A stretch of DNA of 64,000 nucleotides. Origin: Verrucomicrobiota bacterium (GTDB lineage Bacteria > Verrucomicrobiota > Verrucomicrobiia > Limisphaerales > UBA9464). The stretch lies in contig VHCG01000001.1 of NCBI GenBank assembly GCA_016871805.1, forward strand, positions 129,562-193,561, in the 5' to 3' direction. The notes below the pieces were generated by a model, which was not told the origin of the DNA, did not search any database, and saw nothing but the letters and a program-made list of their open reading frames with translations. A program made the translations under genes and the position numbers. Below, piece after piece: positions 28,821 to 38,638 of the stretch (the stretch's first letter is position 1; every line of letters begins with the position of its first letter).

Positions 28821-29606
28821 TCAGCGGAACATTCCGAAGGCCTCGAGCCCCTCGAGAATCCCGGCCGCGCACGGGGTCCGGGCCAGGTAGCCACCCTCCG
28901 CCCGGACCTGGTCCTTCACGGACGGAAGACCGTTCGAGGGCGTGATGAGCCAGTGGGCGACCTCACGACGCAGCATCGGCAGGTCGTTAAGATGATCCCC
29001 GGCGGCACAGGTCTGGGCCGCGGACAGGTTCGTCAGACGCTGGATCGCCTGGAGGGCCGTTCCCTTGCTGTAGCCCCGATGACTGAGCCGGAGGTAGACG
29101 TCGTTGCGCACCGGCACCATCTCCTCGACCGACCGGCAGAACCCCTCGAGCTCGTCCTGGATGGCATCCATCTGGGCGTTGCTCCTGGCGATCACGCACA
29201 GGGGCGACCATTCGTCGGCATAGAACGTCGCATCGAACCGCGATTCCAGACCGGTGAACAGCGCCCGGAGCGCGGACTCGTTCCGTCCAAAGACCTTACG
29301 GTGGTCGTCCTGGCAGGCCGTGTGCCAGGGCTCGACCGCCTCGTAGTGACCTCTCACATGCCGGTGGATCTCCCGTTCCACGGTCACGACAAAGTCCGGT
29401 AGGACCCGGGATTTGGCGCGTCCCAGGCTCTCGAGCAGGCTTGCGAGATGACGACCGGTGTTGATCACCCAGACCCCCGACCGCCGCTGGAACTCCAGGA
29501 TCCGGTCCTGGAACAGGTCCGGGATCGGTGCATGCGCGAAGTCCTCATGGATGGTCCCGTCGAAGTCGGTTGAGACGATCCGGATGTCGGCGGAGGGGTG
29601 GGTCAT
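28821..29606 (-). CDS. HAD-IIB (Cof-type) family hydrolase/sugar-phosphatase
   Basis: Motif I VSTDFDGTI, NTGR, and the C-terminal AAGDHLNDLPML typical of HAD-IIB. Confidence 0.75.
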   Translation of the reverse strand: MTHPSADIRIVSTDFDGTIHEDFAHAPIPDLFQDRILEFQRRSGVWVINTGRHLASLLESLGRAKSRVLPDFVVTVEREIHRHVRGHYEAVEPWHTACQDDHRKVFGRNESALRALFTGLESRFDATFYADEWSPLCVIARSNAQMDAIQDELEGFCRSVEEMVPVRNDVYLRLSHRGYSKGTALQAIQRLTNLSAAQTCAAGDHLNDLPMLRREVAHWLITPSNGLPSVKDQVRAEGGYLARTPCAAGILEGLEAFGMFR

Positions 29607-29648
29607 GAAATGGGTCGATGGACGGCCGGGAACTCCCGGAGCAACGGG

Positions 29649-31310
29649 TCACGCATCATTGCGGGACACCTGCCTCAGCTGCGAGGTGAGGTAGGGCAGC
29701 AGCTGCTTCTTGCGGGAGACCACGCCATCCATCTGGAAGACCCCGGGAACGACCTCGGGGTAGGCGATGGTGTCGACGAGCTGGGAAGGCCCGGCGACCA
29801 TGAGAAGCGAGGTCTGCTGGACGACATCGGTGATGAAGAGGGCCGCGAAGTAGAGCGCCTGCCGCTCGCGGTGGCGGGCGAGGGCGGCGCAGACGGCGTC
29901 CGAACGCTTCCAGAAGGCATCGAACCCCAGCTCCTCGATCTGGGCCACGCTGAACCGATGGCCGGCCTCGACATACTCCTTGCAGTCCGCGGTGATCGCC
30001 TTCTCGGGCGGCTGGGACACGAGCAGCGACCCGGAGCTGAAGACCTTTTCCGTGAAGTCCTGCGCGTTCACACCCGACTGCTTCTCGAGCCACGCAAGGA
30101 TCTCCGCGTCCCGCTGAGTGCTGGTCGGCGAGGTCAGGTTCAGGGTGTCGGTCACCAGCCCCGCCAGCATGATTCCGGCAATGCTGGGGGTCGGGTCGAT
30201 GCCATGCCTCAGGAACAGGTCGGCCACGATCGTGCAAGTCGAGCCGACCGGTTCGTTGCGGAACAGGATCGGCTGCGCGGTGCTGAAGGCTCCTAGACGG
30301 TGGTGGTCGATCACCTCCAGGATCTCCAGCTGGTCGGCCCCCTGCACCGCATGGGTCAGCTCGTTGTGGTCGACCAGGATCAACTTCCGGTTCACCGGCT
30401 TCAGGAAGTCGGACTTGGAGAGGATGCCCACCACCCGGCCGTCGGCATCCTCGATGGGAAACGTCTGGAACTGCGAGATGGCGGCGACCTGCTGGATGTC
30501 GGCCAGGCGCTCGTCGTCATGGAACCTCAGGAACTCCTCCCGGAGGAGTCTCGAGACCGGGATCGAGGCCCGGCAGAGCATCGCCGTGGTGGCCGAGTCG
30601 TGGGGCGAGATCATCAGGGTGACCTCGTTCCGACGCGCCAGATCATGGATCTCTGTCGAGATATCCAGTCCACCCGTGACAATCACGACGCGGACACGCC
30701 CCTGGATGGCGATGCGCTGGATGTCCTCGCGATCCCCAACGACCACCACCAGCTTCTCGGGCGCGTAGTTGGAGAGCCGGGTCGAGAACGAGGTCGCCTT
30801 CATCGCCGCGAGCATCAGCACCAGATCCTGCTCCTCGTCCGGCTCGAATGCGCAGATCATCTTGGCCCCGAGCGTCCGGGAGATCATGCGGACCGACGAA
30901 AGGATCCGACGGGAATCGAAGACGCGGTTGGTGGACGGGACGAAGTACTTGGTCGCCTTGAAGATCGACAGCAGACCCAGGCAGCGTCGATCGGCATCCA
31001 GGACCGGAAGGACCCGGATATTGCGCTGATCCATCATGGTCAGCGCGTCGACCATCGAGGTCCGGGGCGGCACGGAGATGACATTGGACTGCATCACGTC
31101 GCGGACGCGTGGGGCGACATCGCTGACGAACCGGGGGGCCGGCACCCCGAACTGGCGCAGCACGAAGTCGATCCGCTCGTTCGTCTCGCCACACCGCGCC
31201 GCCACGACGTCCCGCATCCCGGTCCGACGCTTGAACTCCGCGTAGGCGATGGCGGAACAGATCGCGTCGGTGTCCGGATTCCGGTGTCCGATGACAAGGG
31301 TCTCACTCAT
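29649..31310 (-). CDS. CBS-domain-containing family II (DHH) manganese-dependent inorganic pyrophosphatase
   Basis: DHH N-terminus VIGHRNPDTDAICSAIAYAEF, inserted CBS pair and DRTGG-like region, LVDHNE, VIDHHRLG, and a DHHA2 C-terminus. Confidence 0.85.
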   Translation of the reverse strand: MSETLVIGHRNPDTDAICSAIAYAEFKRRTGMRDVVAARCGETNERIDFVLRQFGVPAPRFVSDVAPRVRDVMQSNVISVPPRTSMVDALTMMDQRNIRVLPVLDADRRCLGLLSIFKATKYFVPSTNRVFDSRRILSSVRMISRTLGAKMICAFEPDEEQDLVLMLAAMKATSFSTRLSNYAPEKLVVVVGDREDIQRIAIQGRVRVVIVTGGLDISTEIHDLARRNEVTLMISPHDSATTAMLCRASIPVSRLLREEFLRFHDDERLADIQQVAAISQFQTFPIEDADGRVVGILSKSDFLKPVNRKLILVDHNELTHAVQGADQLEILEVIDHHRLGAFSTAQPILFRNEPVGSTCTIVADLFLRHGIDPTPSIAGIMLAGLVTDTLNLTSPTSTQRDAEILAWLEKQSGVNAQDFTEKVFSSGSLLVSQPPEKAITADCKEYVEAGHRFSVAQIEELGFDAFWKRSDAVCAALARHRERQALYFAALFITDVVQQTSLLMVAGPSQLVDTIAYPEVVPGVFQMDGVVSRKKQLLPYLTSQLRQVSRNDA

Positions 31311-31441
31311 GACGTCTGAACGGGCAGGTCCTCACCCCGGTCAACGTGCCGTGCGCCCCGCGGACTTGTCGAGTGCCACGCTGGCTTCAGCCCCGAAATT
31401 TCGGCTTCCAGCCCGGCACCCCCCGCCGCGACAGTCCTCCC

Positions 31442-32227
31442 ATGTCCGCACCCGTGCTGGCCATCGCCAACCAGAAGGGAGGCGTCGGCAAGACCACCAC
31501 CTCCGTCAACCTCGCCGCCTGCCTGGCCCAGCAGGGCCACTCGGTCCTGCTGATCGACCTAGATGCCCAGGCCAATGCCACCAGCGGCCTCGGTCTCGAG
31601 AAGCGCGAGGGCGGCAGCGTCTACCGCCCGCTCCTGGGCGACGGCACCCTCGCCGAACGGATCCAGCCCACCGCCGTGCCCCGGCTGTCGCTCCTCCCCA
31701 GCGAGGTCGACCTCTGCGGAGCCGAGGTCGAGCTGGCCCGGATGGACGACTACCTGAACCGGCTGAAGAAGGGTCTCGACCCCCTGCGCGACGGCCACGG
31801 ATACGACGTCATCCTCCTCGATTGCCCGCCTTCGCTGGGAATCCTCACCCTCAATGCCTTCGCGGCGTCCGACCGCCTCGTCGTGCCCCTGCAGTGCGAG
31901 TACTTCGCCCTCGAGGGCGTGGCCATGATCACCCGCGTCCTCAAGCAGGTCCGGGAAACCGGGATCAATCCGCGACTCGAGCTCATGGGGATCGTGATGA
32001 CGATGTTCGACGCCCGGACACGGCTCTCCCAGAACGTCGTGGCGGAGGTCCGACAGCACTTCGGCGAGACCGTGTTCGAGACGGTGATCCCGAGGACCAC
32101 CCGCCTGGCGGAGGCCCCGAGCTTCGGCAAGCCGATCATCACCTACGACCCCTACAGCGCAGGGGCCGCCGCCTACGAGGTCCTCGCCACCGAGGTCGCC
32201 AAGCGGCTGGGACTCCGGACGCCGTGA
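31442..32227 (+). CDS. parA: ParA/Soj chromosome-partitioning ATPase
   Basis: Track ORF 31346..32227 trimmed to MSAPVLAIANQKGGVGKTTTSVNLAACLA (deviant Walker A). Also LLIDLDAQANAT and VILLDCPPSLG. Confidence 0.9.
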   Translation: MSAPVLAIANQKGGVGKTTTSVNLAACLAQQGHSVLLIDLDAQANATSGLGLEKREGGSVYRPLLGDGTLAERIQPTAVPRLSLLPSEVDLCGAEVELARMDDYLNRLKKGLDPLRDGHGYDVILLDCPPSLGILTLNAFAASDRLVVPLQCEYFALEGVAMITRVLKQVRETGINPRLELMGIVMTMFDARTRLSQNVVAEVRQHFGETVFETVIPRTTRLAEAPSFGKPIITYDPYSAGAAAYEVLATEVAKRLGLRTP

Positions 32228-32295
32228 ACGCTCCGATGAACCCGACACCTCCCGCCCGTCCTCTCGGGCCTCGCGGGTTGGTTTGGGGGACCTGA

Positions 32296-32420
32296 GGGGA
32301 CTCACACGGTGACGCGGAGACGCGGAGGAAGAACCAGGAGAGACGGGAAGAGAGGAAGAAACGAGGAACGTAAGGGACTCCTGACCGGAAGCCGAAGGCG
32401 TCCACCCTCGGGCTCGGCCC
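32296..32420. repeat. Solo/truncated copy of the MITE-like terminal repeat
   Basis: 32296-32331 reads GGGGACTCACACGGTGACGCGGAGACGCGGAGGAAG and matches the reverse complement of 1482-1517 at 34/36. It is followed by the same purine-rich GAGGAGAG/GGGA tract. No second inverted end was found. Confidence 0.6.
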
Positions 32421-32482
32421 TCGGCTCTTTGTTCGCGCCTCTGGGCCCTTTTCCACTCCTCTGCCCCCCTGTAGGTTGATCC

Positions 32483-34270
32483 ATGCCGATGCGACCGCTC
32501 CTGCCGTTCCTTCTTCTCGCCGTCCTCGTGCCGGCCCTGCGGTTCAACGCCCTTGCGGCCACCCGCTCCGTCTCCGTGGGGGAACTCAACTACCGCGACG
32601 CCGAGGACACGGACGTCGAGTTCCTCGAGCTGGTGAACCCGGGAACCACCAGCGTCGCCTTGACCGGAGCCCAGTTCACCTCGGGGATCGTGTACACGTT
32701 CCCCACGGCCACAACCCTTGCCCCCGGGGAACGCATCGTCCTGGCCCGGGATCCCGCGAAGTTCACCCAGCGCTATGGCACCGCCGGGATCCGGCTCGCC
32801 CCCGGGGCCTACACCGGAAGGCTCTCGGACGCAGGGGAGACCGTCACCCTCTCGACCGGAGCGGGAGTCGAGCTGGTCTCCTTCACCTACAGCCCCAGCG
32901 GTCGCTGGCCCAGTCGCCCGAATGGACTCGGCAGCACCCTGGAATGCATCGACCCCAATGGGGATCTGGACGACCCCGACAACTGGCGGGCGAGCTCGGA
33001 GTGGCAGGGCTCCCCGGGACGTCCCGGGGCCGGGCCGCAGCGGGTCGTCGTCATCAACGAGATCCTCGCCCACACCGATCCTCCCTTCGAGGACGCCATC
33101 GAACTGTACAACCTCACCGACAAACCCGTCGACCTCAGCGGCTGGTACCTCTCCAACAAACGGTCCAACCCAAGGAAGTACCGGATTCCCAACGGCACCG
33201 TGATCCCCGCCAAGGGCTACCGCGTCTTCTACGAGTGGGCCGGGACACGGAACCCGACCGGGTTCAATCCCACCGGGACCGGCGATGCCCCCGACTTCAC
33301 CTTCAGCAGCGCCAATGGCGACGAAGGCGTCCTGATGTCCGCGGACACCTCCGGGAACCTGAAGTTCTGGATGGATACCGTCAGCTTCGAGGCCAGCGCC
33401 AATGGCATCCCATTCGGTCGGCATCCCAACGGCACCGGCCGGTTCACCACGCTCCAGCAGCAGACCTTCGGGACCGAGCTCAGCATGGGATTCCCCGTCG
33501 AGTACCTGGGCCTGTTCCGGACCGGGAACGGCGCACCCAACGCGGGACCGCTGATCGGACCCGTTGTCTTCCAGCGCATCCAATACCACCCGCCCCTGGG
33601 CGGGGATGAGTTCATGGAGCTCCGCAACATCACCAGCCTCACCCTGCCCCTGTTCGATCCCCTCTACCCAACCAACACCTGGCGCCTTCGGGACGGCATC
33701 ACCTTCGATCTTCCGACCGGACTTCTCCTCGAACCGAACGCCCGCCTGATCGTCGCACCGATCGATCCCGTCCTGTTCCGGACCCGATATTCCATTCCGA
33801 CGTCGACGCCGATCGTGGGCCCCTACACCAATGCACTGAACAACGCCGGTGAACGGATCGCCCTGTACCGACCCGATCCCCCGCAGCTCCTGCCCCACCC
33901 GGATGCCGGATTCGTCCCGTACATCCTCGTGGAGGAGGTGGACTACTCGCCGAAGGCTCCCTGGCCTGCGGAACCCGACGGCACCGGGCCCGCCCTCTGG
34001 CGACGCCTCCCGGTCGGCTTCGCCGAGGATCCCGCCTCGTGGGAGGCCGATATCTCCATGCGCCCCACTGCGCCGACGATCCAGATCGTTTCCACCCCGA
34101 CAGGGCCCTGGATCCGGTTCGCGACGACGCCCGGACAGGTCTATCGCCTCGAACGCCAGCCGACCCTCGGTTCGGCCTGGACCGATGCCGGGCTTATCCC
34201 CAACACGGGACCGACGGCGGAATTGGACGTCGGAACCGTCCCCGGATTCTTCCGTGTCCGGGTGCCGTAG
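32483..34270 (+). CDS. Secreted protein with three lamin-tail (LTD) domains
   Basis: Signal peptide MPMRPLLPFLLLAVLVPAL. There are three LTD-like units: ELNYRDAEDTDVEFLELVNPG...; VVINEILAHTDPPFEDAIELYNLTDKPVDLSGWYLS; VVFQRIQYHPPLGGDEFMELRNIT. Confidence 0.8.
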   Translation: MPMRPLLPFLLLAVLVPALRFNALAATRSVSVGELNYRDAEDTDVEFLELVNPGTTSVALTGAQFTSGIVYTFPTATTLAPGERIVLARDPAKFTQRYGTAGIRLAPGAYTGRLSDAGETVTLSTGAGVELVSFTYSPSGRWPSRPNGLGSTLECIDPNGDLDDPDNWRASSEWQGSPGRPGAGPQRVVVINEILAHTDPPFEDAIELYNLTDKPVDLSGWYLSNKRSNPRKYRIPNGTVIPAKGYRVFYEWAGTRNPTGFNPTGTGDAPDFTFSSANGDEGVLMSADTSGNLKFWMDTVSFEASANGIPFGRHPNGTGRFTTLQQQTFGTELSMGFPVEYLGLFRTGNGAPNAGPLIGPVVFQRIQYHPPLGGDEFMELRNITSLTLPLFDPLYPTNTWRLRDGITFDLPTGLLLEPNARLIVAPIDPVLFRTRYSIPTSTPIVGPYTNALNNAGERIALYRPDPPQLLPHPDAGFVPYILVEEVDYSPKAPWPAEPDGTGPALWRRLPVGFAEDPASWEADISMRPTAPTIQIVSTPTGPWIRFATTPGQVYRLERQPTLGSAWTDAGLIPNTGPTAELDVGTVPGFFRVRVP

Positions 34271-34353
34271 GGTTGCGGCACGGTGAAAAGGTTCCTGAAC
34301 GATAGATTCCCTCTTCTGTCCCCGGGCCTGTGCTCCTAGCCTCACCCCAATCC

Positions 34354-35127
34354 ATGAAGCCAAGCACGATCCCTCTCCTTCTGCTCCTGACCTGCCTCCT
34401 TCCCACCGTCCAGGGTGCCGACGCCGGCATCGGGGTCGGTGCCCAGCCGATTCCGGGAGCCGAGGTCGTATTCGACGGTTCGCGTCACCTGCTCGACGCG
34501 AAGTGGACCTACTGGAAGGGACCCCGCTTCAGCTCCTCACTCCCGATCAAGTGGATCATCGTGCCGGATCCGGTCGACCCGGGTACCGTCATGATGACCC
34601 ACGACCCCGCGGCCGCGGGCGGCAAGTACGGGGCCGCCGACATCGTGACCAAGAAGGAGTACAAGGATTTCCGTCTCCACATCGAGTTCCGCATTGCCGC
34701 TCCTGGCGGCAACAGCGGCGTCTACCTGCAGAACCGCTACGAGATCCAGGTCCTCGATGGCGACAAGACCTCGCATGGCCTGGGGGCTGTCATCAACGAG
34801 ACCGAATCGCCCTACCACGCCTACAACGGCCTCGGAAAGTGGAACGCCTACGACATCGAGTTCCGCGCGGCACGGTTCCAGGACGGCAAACGGACCGAGA
34901 AGGCCATGCTGACGATGTACTTCAACGGTCAGAAGGTCTTCACCAACCAGCCGATCAACCAGGTCTGGGGCGGACCGAACTCCGGCATCGACGGCGGCAA
35001 CGACGGCGGCAAGGGCATCACCGACACCCCGGGCGGACTCAAGCTCCAGGATGAGGGCCACGATGTCCGCTACCGGAACATCTGGATCAAGGAGGTCGAC
35101 CTGAAGGAGCCCAACACGGACTTCTGA
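34354..35127 (+). CDS. DUF1080 (3-keto-disaccharide hydrolase-like) domain protein, secreted
   Basis: Signal peptide MKPSTIPLLLLLTCLLPTVQG. Family pattern: YKDFRLHIEFRIAAPGGNSGVYLQNRYEIQVLD...WNAYDIEF...GGLKLQDEGHDVRYRNIWIKEV. Confidence 0.85.
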   Translation: MKPSTIPLLLLLTCLLPTVQGADAGIGVGAQPIPGAEVVFDGSRHLLDAKWTYWKGPRFSSSLPIKWIIVPDPVDPGTVMMTHDPAAAGGKYGAADIVTKKEYKDFRLHIEFRIAAPGGNSGVYLQNRYEIQVLDGDKTSHGLGAVINETESPYHAYNGLGKWNAYDIEFRAARFQDGKRTEKAMLTMYFNGQKVFTNQPINQVWGGPNSGIDGGNDGGKGITDTPGGLKLQDEGHDVRYRNIWIKEVDLKEPNTDF

Positions 35128-35594
35128 TGGAACCCAGAGTCCCCGCGGCGGAAACGGCCTTCCCCCGCATCCATTGTGGGGGCCGCGTGGTGCATCATCG
35201 GGTTCCAGCGGTGCTGCCGGGCCCCGGATCCGAGGCCCTCGAGCGGAAGCGTCTGCAGCTGCCGAAGGGCGCCTTGGAGGTGTTCCACAACAATCCCGAA
35301 GCCATCCGCTATATCGCCCATCTCGAGATGAAGGCGGGCGTAGATCGCGGACACCACGTGCACCAGCGCAAGGACGAGTCGTTCTACCTCATTTCGGGAC
35401 ACGTCACGATCGGTGTCGAGGCCCTCGACACCGGAGAACACCATCTCCTCGACGTGCGTCCCGGGGACCTCGTCGAGATCCGACCCGGAATCGCCCACGC
35501 GGTCCGCGTCCACGAAGGCGGCCACGCCGTGGAATTCGCCCGGGACCCCGTCGGCACCGACGACACCCGGCCCCACCGGGTCTGGGAGATTTGA
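35127..35594 (+). CDS. Cupin domain protein
   Basis: The start overlaps the upstream stop (TGATG). The cupin core reads GHHVHQRKDESFYLISGHVTIGVE...PGDLVEIRPGIAHAV. Confidence 0.7.
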   Translation: MEPRVPAAETAFPRIHCGGRVVHHRVPAVLPGPGSEALERKRLQLPKGALEVFHNNPEAIRYIAHLEMKAGVDRGHHVHQRKDESFYLISGHVTIGVEALDTGEHHLLDVRPGDLVEIRPGIAHAVRVHEGGHAVEFARDPVGTDDTRPHRVWEI

Positions 35595-35604
35595 GAGTTG
35601 GACG

Positions 35605-35666
35605 TCTCCCTCGCCGACCCGAGGGTCGCCTCACCCCACCAGCGAGGGCTCGGCGCCGAGAGTGCC
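35605..35666. repeat. Hairpin-forming intergenic repeat (copy 1 of 2), possible terminator
   Basis: ctccctcgcc[gacccgagggtcgcc]tcaccccaccagcgagggctcggcgccgagagtgcc followed by ttttt. It contains the stem CCCTCGC/GCGAGGG and the 12-bp palindrome CTCGGCGCCGAG. It is near-identical to 42327-42372 apart from a 15-bp insertion. Confidence 0.7.
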
Positions 35667-35710
35667 TTTTTCCTCATACAAACCGACGTCGTCCCAGTTA
35701 CTCTTTTTAA

Positions 35711-38581
35711 GTGAGGTTTTCTTCCATACTGCTCATCGCTGGAAACCTGCTCTCTCCAATCCTCGCCCAACAAGCACCCCCGGAGGGCGAAATGGCTTCG
35801 TACCCGTTCAACGGAAACGCGGACGACCAGTATTCTGCGCGTCCAGGCGTGGTCTATGGAGCCACCCTGACCCAGGATCGATTCGGACAACCCAATTCGG
35901 CCTACTCCTTCCCGGGTGGATCCATCGCCTACATCAATCTCGGAACCTCACTGATCCTGCCCGAGTCCTCAGACCAGACGATCACGTGGTGGGAGCGGAT
36001 TCCCACGGAGGCCAGCGGAGACCTGACCTTCCTGACGGGGTTCACCGGTCCCAACGACACCTGGAACCTTGCCGCCAGGGTCCGGTCCGACGGCCCCTTC
36101 TACCGGGTGGAGTATGAGGCTTTTGGGAAGATCTCTGGTGGGACCGACTGGACCGCCGGGTCCTCGGAATGGACCCATCGGGCTGTCGTGTTCCGCGGCA
36201 CCACCGCCACCGACTTCTTCCAGGACGGTGTACTGATCACCTCTGTACCGGGCATCCCAAGAAACCCTGGCACCCTCTTTCTGGGGGCCAAGGTCTACGA
36301 CTATCCCAACCCGGCGGGCGGCGCCCCAGGCGGCATCTTTGCCAATCCCTTCGAAGGGGACCTCGACGACGTACGGTTGTTCGATCATGCGCTTTCCGCC
36401 TCCGAGATGGCCCAGGTAGCCGGCGCGGGTGGACCGTTCCTGGATCAGACCCTCGAGTTTGCGCCGCTTCAAGACGCCGCCTTCTCGACAAATCCGCTGA
36501 CCCTTTCCGCCACCTCATCCTCAGGCCTCGCCGTCTCGTTCCGCGTCGTGAGCGGTCCAGGGACGCTTGCCGGGAACCAGCTCACGCTGACCGGCACTGG
36601 ACCGATCACCATGGCCGCCGAACAGCCCGGGACCGGCAAATTCAAGCCGGCGACGTCGGTCGAACGGTCCTTCACAGTGACCCCTGGAACCCAGGCGGTC
36701 ACATTTCCGCCCCTCGGCAACGTTCTCTACTCCTCCAAGACCGTCACACTCACCGCGTCCTCCAGCTCCGGACTACCCGTCTCGTTCACCCTCGTCTCCG
36801 GGCCGGCCACTCTGGACGGGAACGTCCTCACCCTGACCGGAACCGGGACCATTTCGGTCACCGCATCCCAGGCCGGGAACGAGACCACCCTCGCCGCGAG
36901 TCCAGTCACCCAATCGTTCTCGGTGACCAAGGCCCCACAGGAGATCACCTTCACGGGTCCCTTGGACCGGGCCTATTCCCCGGATCCCGTGTCCCTCGTC
37001 GCCTCCAGCGACTCCGGACTCACCGTGCGGTTTGTTCTCGCCGGAGGCCCGGCCGTTCTCGACGGGAATGCGCTGAGCCTGCGCGGTACCGGGACCATCA
37101 CCATCGAGGCCCGACAGGACGGCAACGACACCTATTCCGAGGCACCGGCCGTCTCCCGTTCGTTTACGGTGACGATGCCCCCCCCCGGCCCCACGGCCTT
37201 CTATCCCTTCACTGGCAACGCGAACGAGGCGTCGACAGGACGCCCCAGCATCATCGTCGGGGCCACCCTCACGGCCGACCGGTTCGGAAACGCCGATTCC
37301 GCCTATCGGTTCTCCACCTCCAGCCTGTCCTACATCAACCTCGGCCCCGGGCTCCTCCGGGACAGCAGCCAGGACCAGACCATCACCTGGTGGCAGGCTC
37401 GAAGGACAGGGGGCGTCGTCCTGAGCAGCTATGCGTCGACCGCCAGTTCCTGGAACCTGTTCTCCCAGTCGTTCTCGCTGAACACGAACCGGCATCGCAT
37501 CAGCGTGGGATTCGGGGACTCAGGACGTCCCCCGGGCGACTTCCGAAGCCCTCTCCTCCCCACCAGCCTCGACTGGGAACACTTCGCCCTGGTTCTTCGG
37601 GGTTCATCGACGGTCGAGATCTATAGGAACGGATACCGGCTCCCCATCGACGATGCGATCGGCTCCCCGTGGCGTCAGGCCGGCGACTTCTACCTCGGGA
37701 CCGACGTCTACTCGTTTCCCGACCCGAACGGCGGGGCTGCTGGCGGTCTCTTCTCGTCCCCGTTCGACGGCGATCTGGACGACATCCGAATCCTCGACAG
37801 ATCCCTGTCCGCGACAGAAATCCGGGATCTGTACCGTCAGGAGATGCCCGTCCAACCCCCAGCCCCGCCCCAACCTGATCCCGCGTTTCCAGCCGGGCTG
37901 ACCAACGGTCTGGTCGCCTGGTATCAAATGAATGGTGACGCCTGGGATGCCTCGGGTTTCGGAAACCATGGCATGGTCCTGGGCGCCCTCGCCGCCGCCA
38001 ATCGGTTCGCCGAGGACGGCACGGCGCTCCGGTTCCCACCTTCATCCGATGCCGTCGTCATGATCCCCGGACAATTCCTCCCGTCCGGAAATGATCCCAT
38101 GACCCTCTCGATGTGGTTGCGTCTCGAGAATCCTGAAAACCCACCGGGTCCGGGATTCTCAAAGTATCCCGTGCTGAGCGGCCAAGGGGATGGGGCGAAC
38201 GATTGGAACTTCCATCTGATTCTCCAAGGCAATGGAGTCGACATCTCTCCGGTAATGGAGGTCATGAATCCCTCGGGAATCCTCGGCGAATACGGCGCCT
38301 GGAACCTGTTCAACGGGGTCGGAGACGCCCTGAACTGGCACCACATTGCCATCGTGGTCGAGAACAGCACCACTGCGAGGCTCTATCTCGACGGCGTCAG
38401 CATCATCTGGGGGCCGGCCTACCAGGGATTCCTCAGGTCCACCTCTGAGCTCTTCTACCTGGGATGGGCGCCACGGAACCAGAGCCTCGGAGGCTCCCTG
38501 GATGAAGTCCGGGTCTACAACCGCGCGCTGTCGGAGGAGGAAATCCTCCAGCTTAACCAGCTCGAGAACTCCCTGCGCTGA
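35711..38581 (+). CDS. Large secreted LamG (concanavalin A-like lectin/glucanase) multi-domain protein
   Basis: GTG start and signal peptide RFSSILLIAGNLLSPILAQ. Three LamG_3-type signatures are present (GDLDDVRLFDHALSASEMAQV; GDLDDIRILDRSLSATEIRDLY; GSLDEVRVYNRALSEEEILQL), separated by Ig-like tandem repeats. Confidence 0.85.
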   Translation: MRFSSILLIAGNLLSPILAQQAPPEGEMASYPFNGNADDQYSARPGVVYGATLTQDRFGQPNSAYSFPGGSIAYINLGTSLILPESSDQTITWWERIPTEASGDLTFLTGFTGPNDTWNLAARVRSDGPFYRVEYEAFGKISGGTDWTAGSSEWTHRAVVFRGTTATDFFQDGVLITSVPGIPRNPGTLFLGAKVYDYPNPAGGAPGGIFANPFEGDLDDVRLFDHALSASEMAQVAGAGGPFLDQTLEFAPLQDAAFSTNPLTLSATSSSGLAVSFRVVSGPGTLAGNQLTLTGTGPITMAAEQPGTGKFKPATSVERSFTVTPGTQAVTFPPLGNVLYSSKTVTLTASSSSGLPVSFTLVSGPATLDGNVLTLTGTGTISVTASQAGNETTLAASPVTQSFSVTKAPQEITFTGPLDRAYSPDPVSLVASSDSGLTVRFVLAGGPAVLDGNALSLRGTGTITIEARQDGNDTYSEAPAVSRSFTVTMPPPGPTAFYPFTGNANEASTGRPSIIVGATLTADRFGNADSAYRFSTSSLSYINLGPGLLRDSSQDQTITWWQARRTGGVVLSSYASTASSWNLFSQSFSLNTNRHRISVGFGDSGRPPGDFRSPLLPTSLDWEHFALVLRGSSTVEIYRNGYRLPIDDAIGSPWRQAGDFYLGTDVYSFPDPNGGAAGGLFSSPFDGDLDDIRILDRSLSATEIRDLYRQEMPVQPPAPPQPDPAFPAGLTNGLVAWYQMNGDAWDASGFGNHGMVLGALAAANRFAEDGTALRFPPSSDAVVMIPGQFLPSGNDPMTLSMWLRLENPENPPGPGFSKYPVLSGQGDGANDWNFHLILQGNGVDISPVMEVMNPSGILGEYGAWNLFNGVGDALNWHHIAIVVENSTTARLYLDGVSIIWGPAYQGFLRSTSELFYLGWAPRNQSLGGSLDEVRVYNRALSEEEILQLNQLENSLR
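36453..37174 (+). repeat. Three intragenic tandem ~80-aa Ig-like repeats within the LamG protein
   Basis: Recurrent pattern: F.PL.....S...V.L.ASSSSGL.VSF.LVSGPA.L.GN.LTLTGTG.I...A.Q.GN......A..V..SF.VT. Confidence 0.7.
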
Positions 38582-38638
38582 CACCCGTCTCACCGATCCC
38601 CAAACCTGAATCCTTCCCAAACCGAATCTCCCAGCATC

